From Adineta vaga (lineage: Eukaryota > Animalia > Rotifera), in NCBI GenBank assembly GCA_021613535.1, contig CP075497.1:7936001-8000000 (forward strand): a stretch of 64,000 nucleotides of DNA, in the 5' to 3' direction. Under the pieces are notes generated by a model. That model had not been told where the DNA came from, searched no databases, and saw nothing but the letters and a program-made list of their open reading frames with translations. Positions 52,501-64,000 of this stretch are shown here, piece after piece. The translations under genes were made by a program, and so were the position numbers. Position 1 is the first letter of the stretch. Each line of letters opens with the position of its first letter.

Positions 52501-54403
52501 ACCAAAATTAAATTATTCAGCACGATTACCTCCTCTACCAATGAATCCAAATTTAGATTTACTTAAACAAGCATCTGCCTTTATGCATCGATCATCATCG
52601 CCAAATTCATCAAGATCTTCATCATCGTCATCACCACATCCACCTTCACCTTCCCAACAGCAACAACAACGTATACATGCTGTTGCAGCAATGCTAGCTG
52701 CTGGTGCTGGTGGAAATAATACTAATAATAACAATAATCTTCTTCTTCGACAACAACAACAACAACAACAACAACAGCAACAGCAACAGCAACGAAGAAT
52801 TGAAAAAGAAGAAAGAAATTTTCAATGTCGATGGTGTGATTATCGTGGAAGATGGAGAAGTGAATTAATTCAACATATGAGATGTCATCATGCTAAAGAT
52901 AAACCATATCATTGTTCAGCATGTCCATATGCTTCTAGTTGGAAATGGGATGTTCAAGTAAGTTGATTCAATAAATCCTAATATTAAAAGATTTCATCAA
53001 TCGTGATATTTATCTACTTATCATTAAAATATGATTGACCTAAGTATGACAATAATCAATGTCATTCTAATTTGATAGTTTGCGTTAAGGTATAGGACAA
53101 CTTAGTTATACTCTTGTTTCATGTCAAGGTCGGTTCATTCTGATCTATATCGATGAGTCAAGTTTTTTTCTTCATTTGTACTTTTGTACATCAATGAAAA
53201 TTTGTTATGCTATATAATTACTATTTTCTTTTCTTTTCCTGTTTAGAAACATGTCAAAAAACAACATGCTCATGATACTGCAAAAATTGTTGAATTACCA
53301 GACAAATATCTCTTTCAAACAACTCTCAAAGCTAAATATGAAGGAACCGATGATCGAACTTTAGCACCAACGCCATTAACTGAAGAAGATTATAGTTTTT
53401 TTGGTGCTGATGTACAAGAAAAACTTTCTTCAATTAAATATACACGTGATCGAACTTTATCGTGTCAACAATGTCCATTTTCTGCAAATTCCATGGCTGA
53501 ATTACGTCGTCATTTAATTGTTCATTCATCCGAAAGTCCATATCATTGTTTTAATTGTAATTATAAATCAAAATGGAAATGTGATGTAAAAAAACATATG
53601 AAAGTATGCAATCATCATGGTCCAGTTCTCGTTGGACGTAAAGCAATGGCTAAAGTTATGGAAGTATGTCATTGAGATGATTTTTTCTTTTATATATTGT
53701 TGTAAACATATTTCTTTATTTTTATATAGAGTCTTGGTTTAGTAATTGGTAATAATTCGACAAATTCTTCGGAAAAAGTCCTTGAACAAAAATCGCTTGA
53801 TGATGAAGAAGAAGATGAAATCATTGTTGATGAAAATCAACACGATGAAACGGATGAAAAACAAAAAATCAATACACGTCCAGCAAATAATCATCTCCGT
53901 TGTCGACAATGTGATTATGAAGCTGATGATCTTTCAGATTTACTTCTTCATCGAAAAAGTCATGCATTAGCTAAGAATCATATTGATTCTGATCGAAAAT
54001 ATAATAGTGATATTGAAAATGATGATAATGATCAACCAGAACAAATCTTTGATTATGGTATGTCAATACAAAAGACTCGATTTAATTGTAGAAATAAAAA
54101 ATGAATTTGTTTTGTTTTAGAATTACAATGGTTAGAAAATAATCCATTAGTAAAACAATTTACTACAGGTAAAGAAGAACTTGAATAAGAAATATAAATG
54201 ATAGAATTGATGTGATATTTTAGTTCATGAAAAAACTCGATCGATTCTTTATCAATGTTCAAAATGTAATTATCAAATCAACAATAATCATCAACATTTT
54301 CTGAATCATCTCGACCATCAACATCCGGATTTATTAGAAGTAAGACAAATTTTCTTATCACAAATAAAAACTTATTTTCTTTCTATTTTAGGATCAAATG
54401 TAA
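46508..54403 (+). CDS. Multi-C2H2 zinc-finger transcription factor (12 fingers, several in pairs); first exon tentative
   Basis: Exons from 48909 onward splice in frame. Fingers include CIQCDFVGRWPTELQKH, CLVCSLTYKWRWDLAKHW, CRWCDYRGRWRSELIQH and CSACPYASSWKWDVQKH; there is also a PLDLR motif and poly-Q. A phase-compatible first exon is 46508-46536 (MRAMFSQSN ag|gtaagt). Confidence 0.82.
52748..52792 (+). repeat. CAA/CAG coding repeat (poly-Q)
   Basis: Gln run immediately before zinc finger 7. Confidence 0.85.
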
Positions 54404-56358
54404 ACATTTATGTCAGATATTTCCATTTTGTTTTTCGCAAGGTCTTTCTCGTCCTATGAACATTCAATTCAGATACTACACTCTTGTAATATTAACCCCC
54501 TCCCCCCCTTTTTTTGCTAGAAAAACATGCATGAATATTTCGTCTTTTTGTTCCGTTGCTTTACTTTATTCCATTCTATATGTCATTATTTGTTTTGTGT
54601 TCTTCTGTTCTTTTTTTTTATTGAAAATAAGCATGATAAGATTTATTTGATATTATTTCAACTCAAGATGGAATTATGAAGGTCGATAGAAGTGAATCAA
54701 ATGTACTTACCAAAGGCAATTAGAATACTTCTTATTTGATATCGTCTGAGTATTCTTTTTTAAATCTTAAACAATCGATGTAGATAAACAAAATGTTTTA
54801 ACTAATAAGATACTTTCAAAATCCGTTCTAAATGGTAGTATATGTTGCTGTTATTTGATTTTATATCAATCACTACAAACTAGTAATAGATGATAATATG
54901 AAATTCATATAAACGAAAAATTTAATGAATGTGTAGAAAAACACTGCAGAATGACATATCTATTGAAAATTCCATGAATCTATAGCGAGTAGAAAGAGAC
55001 TATGGACGAAGGATTCGACTTTGGCTTACTTCGGATTCTGACATACAAATGTATACATATAATTCACTTCTTAATTCGTACTCAGGACAAAGATTATACC
55101 GTTGGGCCTATAGGATCCTCAAGGAAACGATCGAAAATTTACTGGATTTTTTTCCCGAATGGAAATTAAACTGATCACATCAGTGGTATTGAATCATTAA
55201 TCGACAGCCTATTCTCAGTAAACAAGAAGATTAAAACAGCTCTTGAACTTCTTCAAGCATTGTACGTCGAATTTGTTAAGAAAATAAAAGTTATTTTTAT
55301 TCTAATTTTTTAGAAACAAAACTCATCAAACATATAAAGTATTTATATTTCCATAATCGTGATGAATCTACTATGATCTAATTGAAACGTTTTTTAAGAA
55401 TTAATATACTGAAGAAAAGAATGTAATAGCATTGTTATGACTTAGTTTTTATCGAGGAATGCTGGCTATTAGATTGTTCTATCTCTGTCTTTAACATAAC
55501 GCTTCCTTAGAACAAGATATCATCTTTTCGTCCTCCACCATTCCGATTCTGACAACATTATTTATATTTGAAATAGTTTCATTGAAATCGATGATACATT
55601 CGATCATCATCACTTAAAACTTATAACATAACTTAATTACGTCAGAATAAGTTTTATGATGATTTCATTTTTAAAATAAACAAAGACATGCAACGAATTC
55701 ACGTGGTGTTATGAAGACCTTGACGTTTCAATATAGTACCAGATTTCTTATCTCACCTGCGTACTATTGCGTAGTATAAAATCTCCTCTTTTCATTCTAT
55801 ACCTGTTCTCAACATCTTATCACCGTCTTTTTTTAGATGTCCCATGACCAAATCTAATACAACTAAATTGCGTCGCTAAATAGAAAGTGACCGCATATAA
55901 TTGAGCGTCGTATGTGGTATTTCTTTCTCTTCGGTTTTTTGTTCGTCTCGTGTCTTTTATAAACATAAAACGAAGACACAATTTCATCGTCCAAGTAGGA
56001 TATTCAATGTCAAAAGACAATCAACAACGAGACATTAATTCATTCGAACAATCATTTCAATTAGCAAATTATAATAAGGTATTCATATTTTGTTTGATGT
56101 CAGTTATGACAATTAGATTCTCTACAATGTTTGACATATTTTCATGTACTTAATGATAAACTATTTAAAGAATAACAAAAACATTCTTTCATCTTCTTCG
56201 TTTTTGCTTTCTATAAATTTTATATAAATATATCGAGTTAAATACTTTGAAATCATTCAAATCTCATATTAATCAAAGGAGTTTTTTCTTCCTTTAGCAC
56301 ATACAACTTGGTTATTATCGTCGACAATTATTCATATTAAATTTATAAGAAAAACAAA

Positions 56359-56656
56359 ATGAATTCCAGCAAAGTTATTCTTTATATTATCTTTGCTATA
56401 TTTGTTCTTCATATGGAAATTTCTTTCGGTAAGTTTTTGTTTAACAATAAAAAGAATGAACTAATTTTTTTTCAATGATTGATTTTATCTAGGTAAACCT
56501 GTACATGAAGATGTTTTACCATTGAAAGAAATTTTAAAGATTGCATTAAAACTTGATGATTGTTCACGACGTATTCACGTTCAAGAACCGATACCATTAC
56601 GTTTTCGACGTGCAAATGCTCGAGATCGTTTTCCATGTACTATAAAAGGTTTTTAA
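56359..56656 (+). CDS. Small secreted prepropeptide (77 aa, 2 exons), candidate neuropeptide precursor
   Basis: Exons 56359-56428 and 56493-56656 encode MNSSKVILYIIFAIFVLHMEISFG-KPVHEDVLPLKEILKIALKLDDCSRRIHVQEPIPLRFRRANARDRFPCTIKGF*. The intron is a canonical phase-1 gtaag...ctag after the signal peptide, with a TATAAA near 56212. Confidence 0.7.
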
Positions 56657-57178
56657 TATTATGTCTTCCTTTTATCATTGATTTTCAAGTCTAAAATCAG
56701 AGAATTTATTTTTTATCAATTATTTTCTGTTCATGATAATTTATTTAATTCATATGATTTTTATATACTTTTTCAATATGCATGAATAGTAAAATCTTTT
56801 GTTTTTTTTACTTGATGTAAAAAGAAATGAAAAAATAAAGAATGATTAATTGTTTTATTTTAAATCCGATCAACAAATCTTATTGTTCCATTTTGCACTT
56901 GATCTTCGTCATATTTAATAGAAGTCAAGGACCTTTTTTTTTCTCGAATGGAAAAAAGACAATTTGAAATAGGTTTTTATTTTGAAAGAAAACGAGGATC
57001 GAATGACATAGTTATTAACACAATATTCAATATATTTCTCTGTATACTTGACATACTAATCGCCTCCTTGATTGAAGGATTAGTGACAATGCAAGATAGA
57101 GAAAAAAACATCGAACGAAACCTATAAATGAAAACGACAAGATGATAGATATACGTTTATAACAAAAACATCAGATTG

Positions 57179-59162
57179 ATGATGTCTCTTCGCTACTTTC
57201 TTCTGTTTGTTGCTGTAGTCTTGGTAAATGCATCGAAAAAACGTTACGATGGGTAAATTTTTTTCCATAAAATTTCAATTGAGATAAAAATTTATTCATT
57301 TTCTCTTTCAGTAATATCCTCGTTTCTGTAACTCCATATGAAGAAGAACATTACAAGCTTTTATCTTCTCTTGAGAACGATGATGAAGTAATGTTTTGAA
57401 AAATGAAAAACTATCGATTTTATAAAATAAGTCTACATTTGATTTTGTAGCTTGATGTTTGGAATGACATCAGTCGTAACAGATCAGTTCATTTAATGTT
57501 CAATCAAACAAAAATGTCATGGATGATGCCACTTTTCGAAACTTTACATATGAAACCAGAAATTATGCACCGTAACGTTCAACAGTAAGTATTAATGAAC
57601 ATAAAACGAATTGAGATTATTCATTCTTATTCTTCTATCTTAGATTAGTTGATGTAGAAGAAAATATGCTTCGAATGCAAGCACGATCAAGTGTACCACG
57701 TGGTATTCAAGATACTTTTCATAATTATGATCAAGTAGAATCTATTTCCTTGTCCAAAAAAAGAGAAATTAAAGATTTACTTTGTTTTTCTTGAAAAATC
57801 TAGCTCAGTGATTGGTTAAAACAAATAGTAGCCACCTATCCTCAACTTGCAGTACTCCAATCCATTGGCAAAACATATGAAAATCGAGATATCTGGTTGA
57901 TTAAAGTAACATATTATAAACAAGTAAATAAACTTTCACTATCGAACTCTTCTTTTTTCAGCTTACTTCTAACAGTGGTGCAACCAACAAAAAGACTGCC
58001 TTTTTGGATTTTGGTATTCATGCTCGAGAATGGATTTCACCAGCAACTGGTGCTTATATTATCAATGAAGTATATTTAGCATATCTTCATTTATGATTCA
58101 ATTTATTTTGTTTCTGATAGTTATTAACGAAATATGCATCAGGTGGCGATGCTAAAACAATCTTAGATTCCTGGGAATTACACATTGTTCCTATGCTCAA
58201 TCCTGATGGTTATCAATATTCACATACCAAAGTTTGTAGATAAACTGAAAAATACATGAAAATAGAGTTTTTCAAACATCTTTTCAAGGAACGTATGTGG
58301 CGTAAAAATCGTAAACCAGTTGGTAATAATTGCTACGGCGTTGATCTTAATCGTAACTTTGGATATCAATTTAATACCGGAGGTAGTTCAAGTTCTCCAT
58401 GTTCGGATACATTTCATGGTGGTATTGCAATGTCTGAAAATGAAGCTAAAGCACTTCAAACTTATATGACTCCAAGAAAATGGGATACTTATTTAACATT
58501 CCATTCTTATGGACAGTAAGTTAAGATTTTTTTTACTGATCAAAATCTCTTGTAATAACTTTGTTTTTCTTTTGCTTTTCAGATGGTGGTTTACAGTAAG
58601 TGATAAATAAGCATTTCTTTTCTATAAAAATGACTTTCTTTTTAGAATTGGTAAGTAAACTAGATTAGGTGACAGTTGAACTAATTCGATATTTTCAGGG
58701 GTTATACAGGAGTCGATCCACCGAGATTTGCTGAATTGGTACGAACTAATTCAAATCTTTTCATTTTATTGTTTAGTTTTTTATAGAAAGCAAAAGCTAA
58801 AATCGGTGCTGATGCTATTAGAAGTGTTAATGGACGAGCATATACAATCGGTTCATCCGCCCAACTTCTCTGTTAGTTTTTGTCTAAAAGAATTTTTAAT
58901 CTCAAACCTCTAATTTTTTCTACAAATAGATGTTGCTAGCGGTGGTAGTGAAGATTGGACAGCTGGTTCTCTTGGCATTACATATTCTTATTGTCTTGAA
59001 TTACCACCAACAGGTGGCACTGGATTTATCGCTCCTGTCGCAGAAATTAAGAAAACTGGTAAATAGTAAATCTTTGAAATAGATATCTGTTTTTTTATCA
59101 ATATTTTTTATTCAGGTGCTGAAACGTTCGTTGGTGTTGTTGCTTATCTTAAATCATTTTAA
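57179..59162 (+). CDS. Zinc carboxypeptidase A/B (M14A) preproenzyme, multi-exon
   Basis: Signal peptide then KRYDG prodomain; GIHAREWISPA, RMWRKNR, GVDLNRNF, TFHSYGQ, ASGGSEDW and YCLEL (Glu270 equivalent). Confidence 0.92.
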
Positions 59163-59258
59163 TTTGACACGAGTGTTTAAAAAAAATAATAAATGATTGT
59201 TCGTTGTTAACTTAAAGAAAAAAAAGCTTGCATGAATGATGTTTTTTCCTTTTTTAAA

Positions 59259-60755
59259 TTAAGAATAAACAGTTTGTTCTTGATGATTTGGTAGTTGTTC
59301 TATTGTTGAAGATTTAATTTGTTCGAGAGAATTTAATGGTGCAGGTATAAATGGATATTTTTCACGCATGTTATCATCAATAGCATCGGGAACTTTACCA
59401 AGATAGTAATATGTTCGAGGAATATTTCTATCACGTTGGTATGAACGTAGATAATCGATTTCTTTAGCATCACGTGTTGTTGGTTGTCGATGACTACTAT
59501 TTGTGTTTGATCGATAATTAATATGTTTATTAATAGCATTGGTGCGATCAAGTGCAGTTGAATATATACGATCGAGACCTACACGTTTTGATTCGGAATA
59601 TAATTTACGTTCATGTGGAATATATCGATCGGTATATTCACTAGAAGAAATATTCAATTTGCAAAAAAGCAAAGTGAGAAAGAATACCTTATGTCAGGTA
59701 GAGTTTTTGAACGATGGAAAGGATGATTTTCTGTGCGATTGATATGAATAGGTTGATTTTGTGCATTTTGAGTTTTTATAATAGCACCTAAACGTGTTGG
59801 TTCACCTTCAAGTGGATGATCACTATGTTCAGGTAGCCAACAATCATTTTGTAATGCCCATTTTCGTTCGTCTGGAAACTATTAAAAAAAAATTATAATT
59901 TTCTTTACATAAATATAATCAAAAGACAAAACTTCGTATTACTCGTTCATTTCCGTAGGGTCCGCGTCTATTGTAATGTTCGTCATAACTTAAAATATAC
60001 CAATATTAATCATAAAATACAATCTCAATCAATCTTTTTTTTTGATTAACCTGGTTATAAGTTGTTTACGATCGTTGATATTATGATGACCATATATCAT
60101 TCGTCCAGGTCGTTCTTCTTGAGATAAAAGTAATTTACGCCTTAATGTCGTATCAGGCAAACAACCATCATAGGCTGGATATTCAATACGATATGTTGTA
60201 TTATGTAAATAATTTGAATCATGTGACTAAATAACGATTCAAGAATAAGAATTCATAGTTAGGAATATTTGTTTTAGCTTAAACTATTCTTCAACAAAAT
60301 TGATATGATTTTATAATTAAAAAAACAAAACGAAAAAGAAATCTGTATGACGTTGCTCTATTTTTTTTCATTTTTAATAAAAAAAAGGATTAGTTTTATT
60401 CTATTTTCATTTATAGAAATAAGCTATAATCAATCGAGTTGATGGATACTCACTTTCGATCGATCTTCGAACCAATTACCAATTAAAACATCTGTTCCAA
60501 ATCGTCGTTTTCCTTGAAATTTTTCGACATGTACTGGTACGAATGGTACATTAGCATATGTACCATCTTTTGGATTATAAAATCGATCTCCTAGACCAAA
60601 CATCTGTACAGATAATCTTCAATAGAAAAAAAAAGAAAAAAGAATCAAGACAATTTAAAATAGCATTTACTCCATCTAGATTAGAAATATCTATCATTAA
60701 TCAAGATAATGTAGAAAAAGAAAACAACAACAATAATTAAACCTGTATATTGCAT
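59259..60755 (-). CDS. CFAP107: Cilia- and flagella-associated protein 107 (C1orf158-like), multi-exon
   Basis: Spliced: MQYTGDRF...FGTDVLIGNWFEDRSK...TTYRIEYP...LITSYDEHYNRRG...WLPEHSDHPLEGEPTRLG, matching C1orf158 motifs as recalled (VLTGNWMEER, ISTYDDHYNR, WLPEKSDFPL). The first mini-exon 60743-60755 is tentative. Confidence 0.75.
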
Positions 60756-60804
60756 GAAAATGTGCAATATAAAGAAAAGCTACACATTGTATCTAAGGCT
60801 TGTT

Positions 60805-60820
60805 GTTTCTAATAGAAAAC
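60805..60820. promoter_or_regulatory. X-box-like (RFX) near-palindrome
   Basis: GTTTCT-AAT-AGAAAAC lies ~50 nt upstream of the CFAP107 ATG; it is an imperfect match to the X-box. Confidence 0.25.
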
Positions 60821-60830
60821 ATTTCATGTT

Positions 60831-63800
60831 CTAATCTGAACTGTCAAATTTCACGCTTTTTTGTTGAACACGTCGGCTACTATTATCCAAACGTGGAATT
60901 TCACTAATTGGACGTCTATCTGTATTTGATACTGTTGCTTTTGGTGATTGTGTATAAGTGTCTCTTGCATTGATATGTACACGATTAGGTGAAACATAAC
61001 CACGTGCACCTGTTGGAACATGTTCCGCATACCAAAGTAAATGAGATTCTTTGTTCAAAATTTTGATTTTATCATTTTTGGAAAATGACAATTCTTCTGC
61101 ACGTGTTGCTGTATAATTTGTTGTTGCATACATGATTTGAACGGCTGATGAAGACGTTCTTTGATACATATAATCATCATCATCAGTTCGATTAGATACA
61201 GGAACAAATAGATCAGGTGATGTTAAATTACGTAATGGACTAACGAGTGCGGGTCGTCCTGAGTCGGAATTATAACCTGATGTTGGAATATTTCGATGAC
61301 CTTGATAAGGTGACATATCACGTTCTGTTGAGCGTGACATAAGATGACCACCACCATATCCTGTAATAGATTCTCGATGACGACTTGTACCAGATTTTGG
61401 ATTCTAAAAATAAACAATGGGAAGTGGCAAATAATCTTGAGAATATAAGAAAACATAGAGAATCATTCTATTACTTACGATAACATCATCCATTTCATCA
61501 AGAATCTTATTAACAACAGCTAATCGACGATTTTTCGATTCATTTTTCGAAACTACTGTTCTAGGTAATTCATCACCACTACTTTCCAATCTGCCTTTTA
61601 CTATACTTCTATCTGTATCGGATGCTATCATTGATGTTCCTAATTTTGTCGGTGATACAATGCCAGTTTTAATAGGATTTTGTTGTTCATAAGGTTTTGC
61701 TTCAATATCAGCTTCATTAAATGTATGTTGAAATACATAAACTTGATGTAATGGTCCAATCGCACACATTGCTACAAGATTATCAAATGGATGAAATTGT
61801 ATATCAACAACTGGTTGAGTATAATTGATATATTTATATGAATAGAGTAGATTCCCATTGTAAGTATGCCAACAATGGACTTGACCATCTTCACTACCAG
61901 CAAAAACAAGAGAACCACAGGATGAAAATGTTGAACGAATTCGATCTTGTAAATTAAATGAGCCAACATAACGACGTGATATGGATTTTCTGATCGAAAT
62001 AAAGAAGAAAAAAAACCATTATGAAATAGAAGAATTAAACTTTCGCTTCTTACGTTCGAGCATCAATTAAAACAATTAAATTATCTCGAGCAGATACTAA
62101 TAAATAATTATCACCTGGCGAATAAGTGACACTATTTAATGGAATATTCTATTCAAATAAAAGATTATTCTTTTTTCATTAAAAACAAAAAAAAAGAAAT
62201 TTCTTCTTACTTGTAATTCACCAAAATCTAAATTTGAACCTAATGTCCAACTATCAGCAAATACTAAAAAGAATAAAGAAACGTCATTTCTATTTTTGAA
62301 ACACTCAAATCGAATGTCATACTTTGAGATGTACTTGTTTCAGTCGGTAATCCATGCCATACTTTAATAGAACCAATACTATCAACCGATGCTAAACGTG
62401 TACCATCTGGATTGAATGATAGACTGCTAATATATCCTAAGTGATCAGCCATTGTTCGAATTACCTAGAAGAAAAATGTATCTAATTGAGAATAAAGAAG
62501 AAAAAAAACTAAATAAATTTACGTGTCCATGTTTTTTGTCAATGTTCCATATACGAATCAATTTATCATAACCAGCAGTGACAATAATATTTCCAACAAA
62601 TGGATGAAAACGAACACAATAAACATAACTTGGATGTGCTAATGATCTCCATGGTTTTCGTTCAGTTTGTTCGAAATTCCAAATTCTAAAAGAAATCAAA
62701 TAACACTGAGATCTCACTGATTATTTGATTGAAATTGAATCTTACTTGACAGATGAATCAGCTGATGCTGATGCTAAATAACAATCCGATCGACTCCAAT
62801 CTAAATCATAAATCATTTGTAAATGTCCAGTAAATACAGCGACACGTTGTCCACGTGGAATCTAAATAAGATGATTTTGTACAAGAGAGAGTAACACGTT
62901 GAAGAAATAAATATACTTCAAAAACAGAAATTAAATTATTCTGTTGTAATTTATTCACTTCTGCACAAGCCAAAAAATATCCATTGTGTGAAAAACGTAT
63001 TGCTGAACAACCACGATCACTTGTATTTAATGAAAGTAAAGATTCAGTAGGAATTTTACATTTTGAATTTGGTAATTTTTGCCATCGTGGTGGTAATTGT
63101 GCAACACGTTGCAATGGACCCATCATTTCATTATTTAAATCCATTTGTTGAGTTTCTGTGAGATGATTTGTTGAACCATCTGGATTATGTCTATTTGAAG
63201 AGAAAAGAGACAAGAATAGTTCTCTTCAATGAAATCAGTTTTATTTTACTCTGCAAGGTCACGTTTTATTTGTTGATATTCATTTCGCATTTGTTCGATA
63301 CCACCATCTAATGCTGATCGAATACCTGGATTAAAATGATTTGGAATATTCAATGGTTTGATCGTCACATAAAGTGTTGAAGGATATTTTATACGAGACA
63401 TATGATTATACCATAGGATAACCTTAAGAAAATGAAAAATCAATCAAAATAGATTTCTTTCTGTTATGATTTATTTACATCAGGTGTTAATGCAGAACCA
63501 CGAAGTTGTTCAATTGGTTGCCAAAGTTGTAAACGAATCATTCGTTCAGTATTAAGTGTATTTCGTGCACCAATTACCTAATTGATAAGTATATTTCATT
63601 ACGGAGAACAATGTACTAAGTTAATTTACTTTTAAAAATGCCCATGCAATTGGAAATGTATTTGATAAATCATTAATATTCTGTTGATTAGTAACAAATT
63701 CTAAAATCTACAAAAATAATTCATCATTTCAATTGACTAGATTTCAATTTGAATATATACTTCAAAGAAAATACAAATATTCTGTTGTTGAGCTACAGTA

Positions 63801-64000
63801 AAATGTGTATATTCTTCATTGATAATTAACATTTGTTCCCATGATGGAATAGTTGAACTAATTGAAAATAATTTATTTGAAAATCTTCAAAAAATATAGT
63901 TTACCGATTGGCATGAAAATCATAAGGTTGTGTAGATATAGCTGGAATATGATCTGTTGTTGCTTGTTCATTTTGAATATGATAACGAAGGACTAAACGA
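60831..64000 (-). CDS. AHI1: Jouberin (WD40 repeats + SH3), 5'-partial, multi-exon
   Basis: IPAISTQPYDF...PSWEQ...IFFEILEF...IAWAFLKVIGA...RLQLWQP; YPSTLYVTIK; WQKLPNSKCKIP...RGCSAIRFSHNG; WD40 HPSYVYCVRFHP; SH3 YATTNYTATRAEELSFSKNDKIKILNKESHLLWYAE...GYVSPN. Confidence 0.93.

Noticed and set aside
54990-55280. Slightly GC-richer, coding-like stretch downstream of the zinc-finger gene
   Set aside because: No sustained open frame, consistent splice structure or recognisable motif was found.
1-64000. Prokaryotic systems (CRISPR, defence islands, phage), rRNA/tRNA, intact transposons
   Set aside because: The window is intron-rich metazoan DNA, and I saw no repeat-spacer array, cloverleaf, or RT/transposase motif.

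Overview
AT-rich eukaryotic (metazoan) genomic DNA with dense genes and many short (~50-65 nt) GT-AG introns. The intron size, gene density and intronless divergent GPCR arrays suggest a bdelloid rotifer (inference only). Manually spliced gene order: aquaporin (5'-partial); RTF1, which carries an intronless GT32 glycosyltransferase nested on the same strand in one intron; UBR5/hyd; two tandem HR96/DAF-12 (NR1J)-like nuclear receptors; SSSCA1/ZNRD2; prohormone convertase 1; a tachykinin-like receptor; five intronless orphan 7TM receptors (two frameshifted, with gene-conversion-like tracts); a prokineticin/colipase-fold secreted peptide; a 12-finger C2H2 transcription factor; a 77-aa secreted prepropeptide missed by the ORF track; an M14A carboxypeptidase with 13-nt and 5-nt microexons; CFAP107; and AHI1 (5'-partial). 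No rRNA, tRNA, CRISPR array or intact mobile element was recognised. The most interesting items are the nested GT32 gene, the operon-like pairs RTF1-UBR5 and AHI1-CFAP107, the mosaic GPCR array, and a peptide-signalling neighbourhood that includes a candidate novel neuropeptide precursor. All homology calls come from motif recognition, not database searches.
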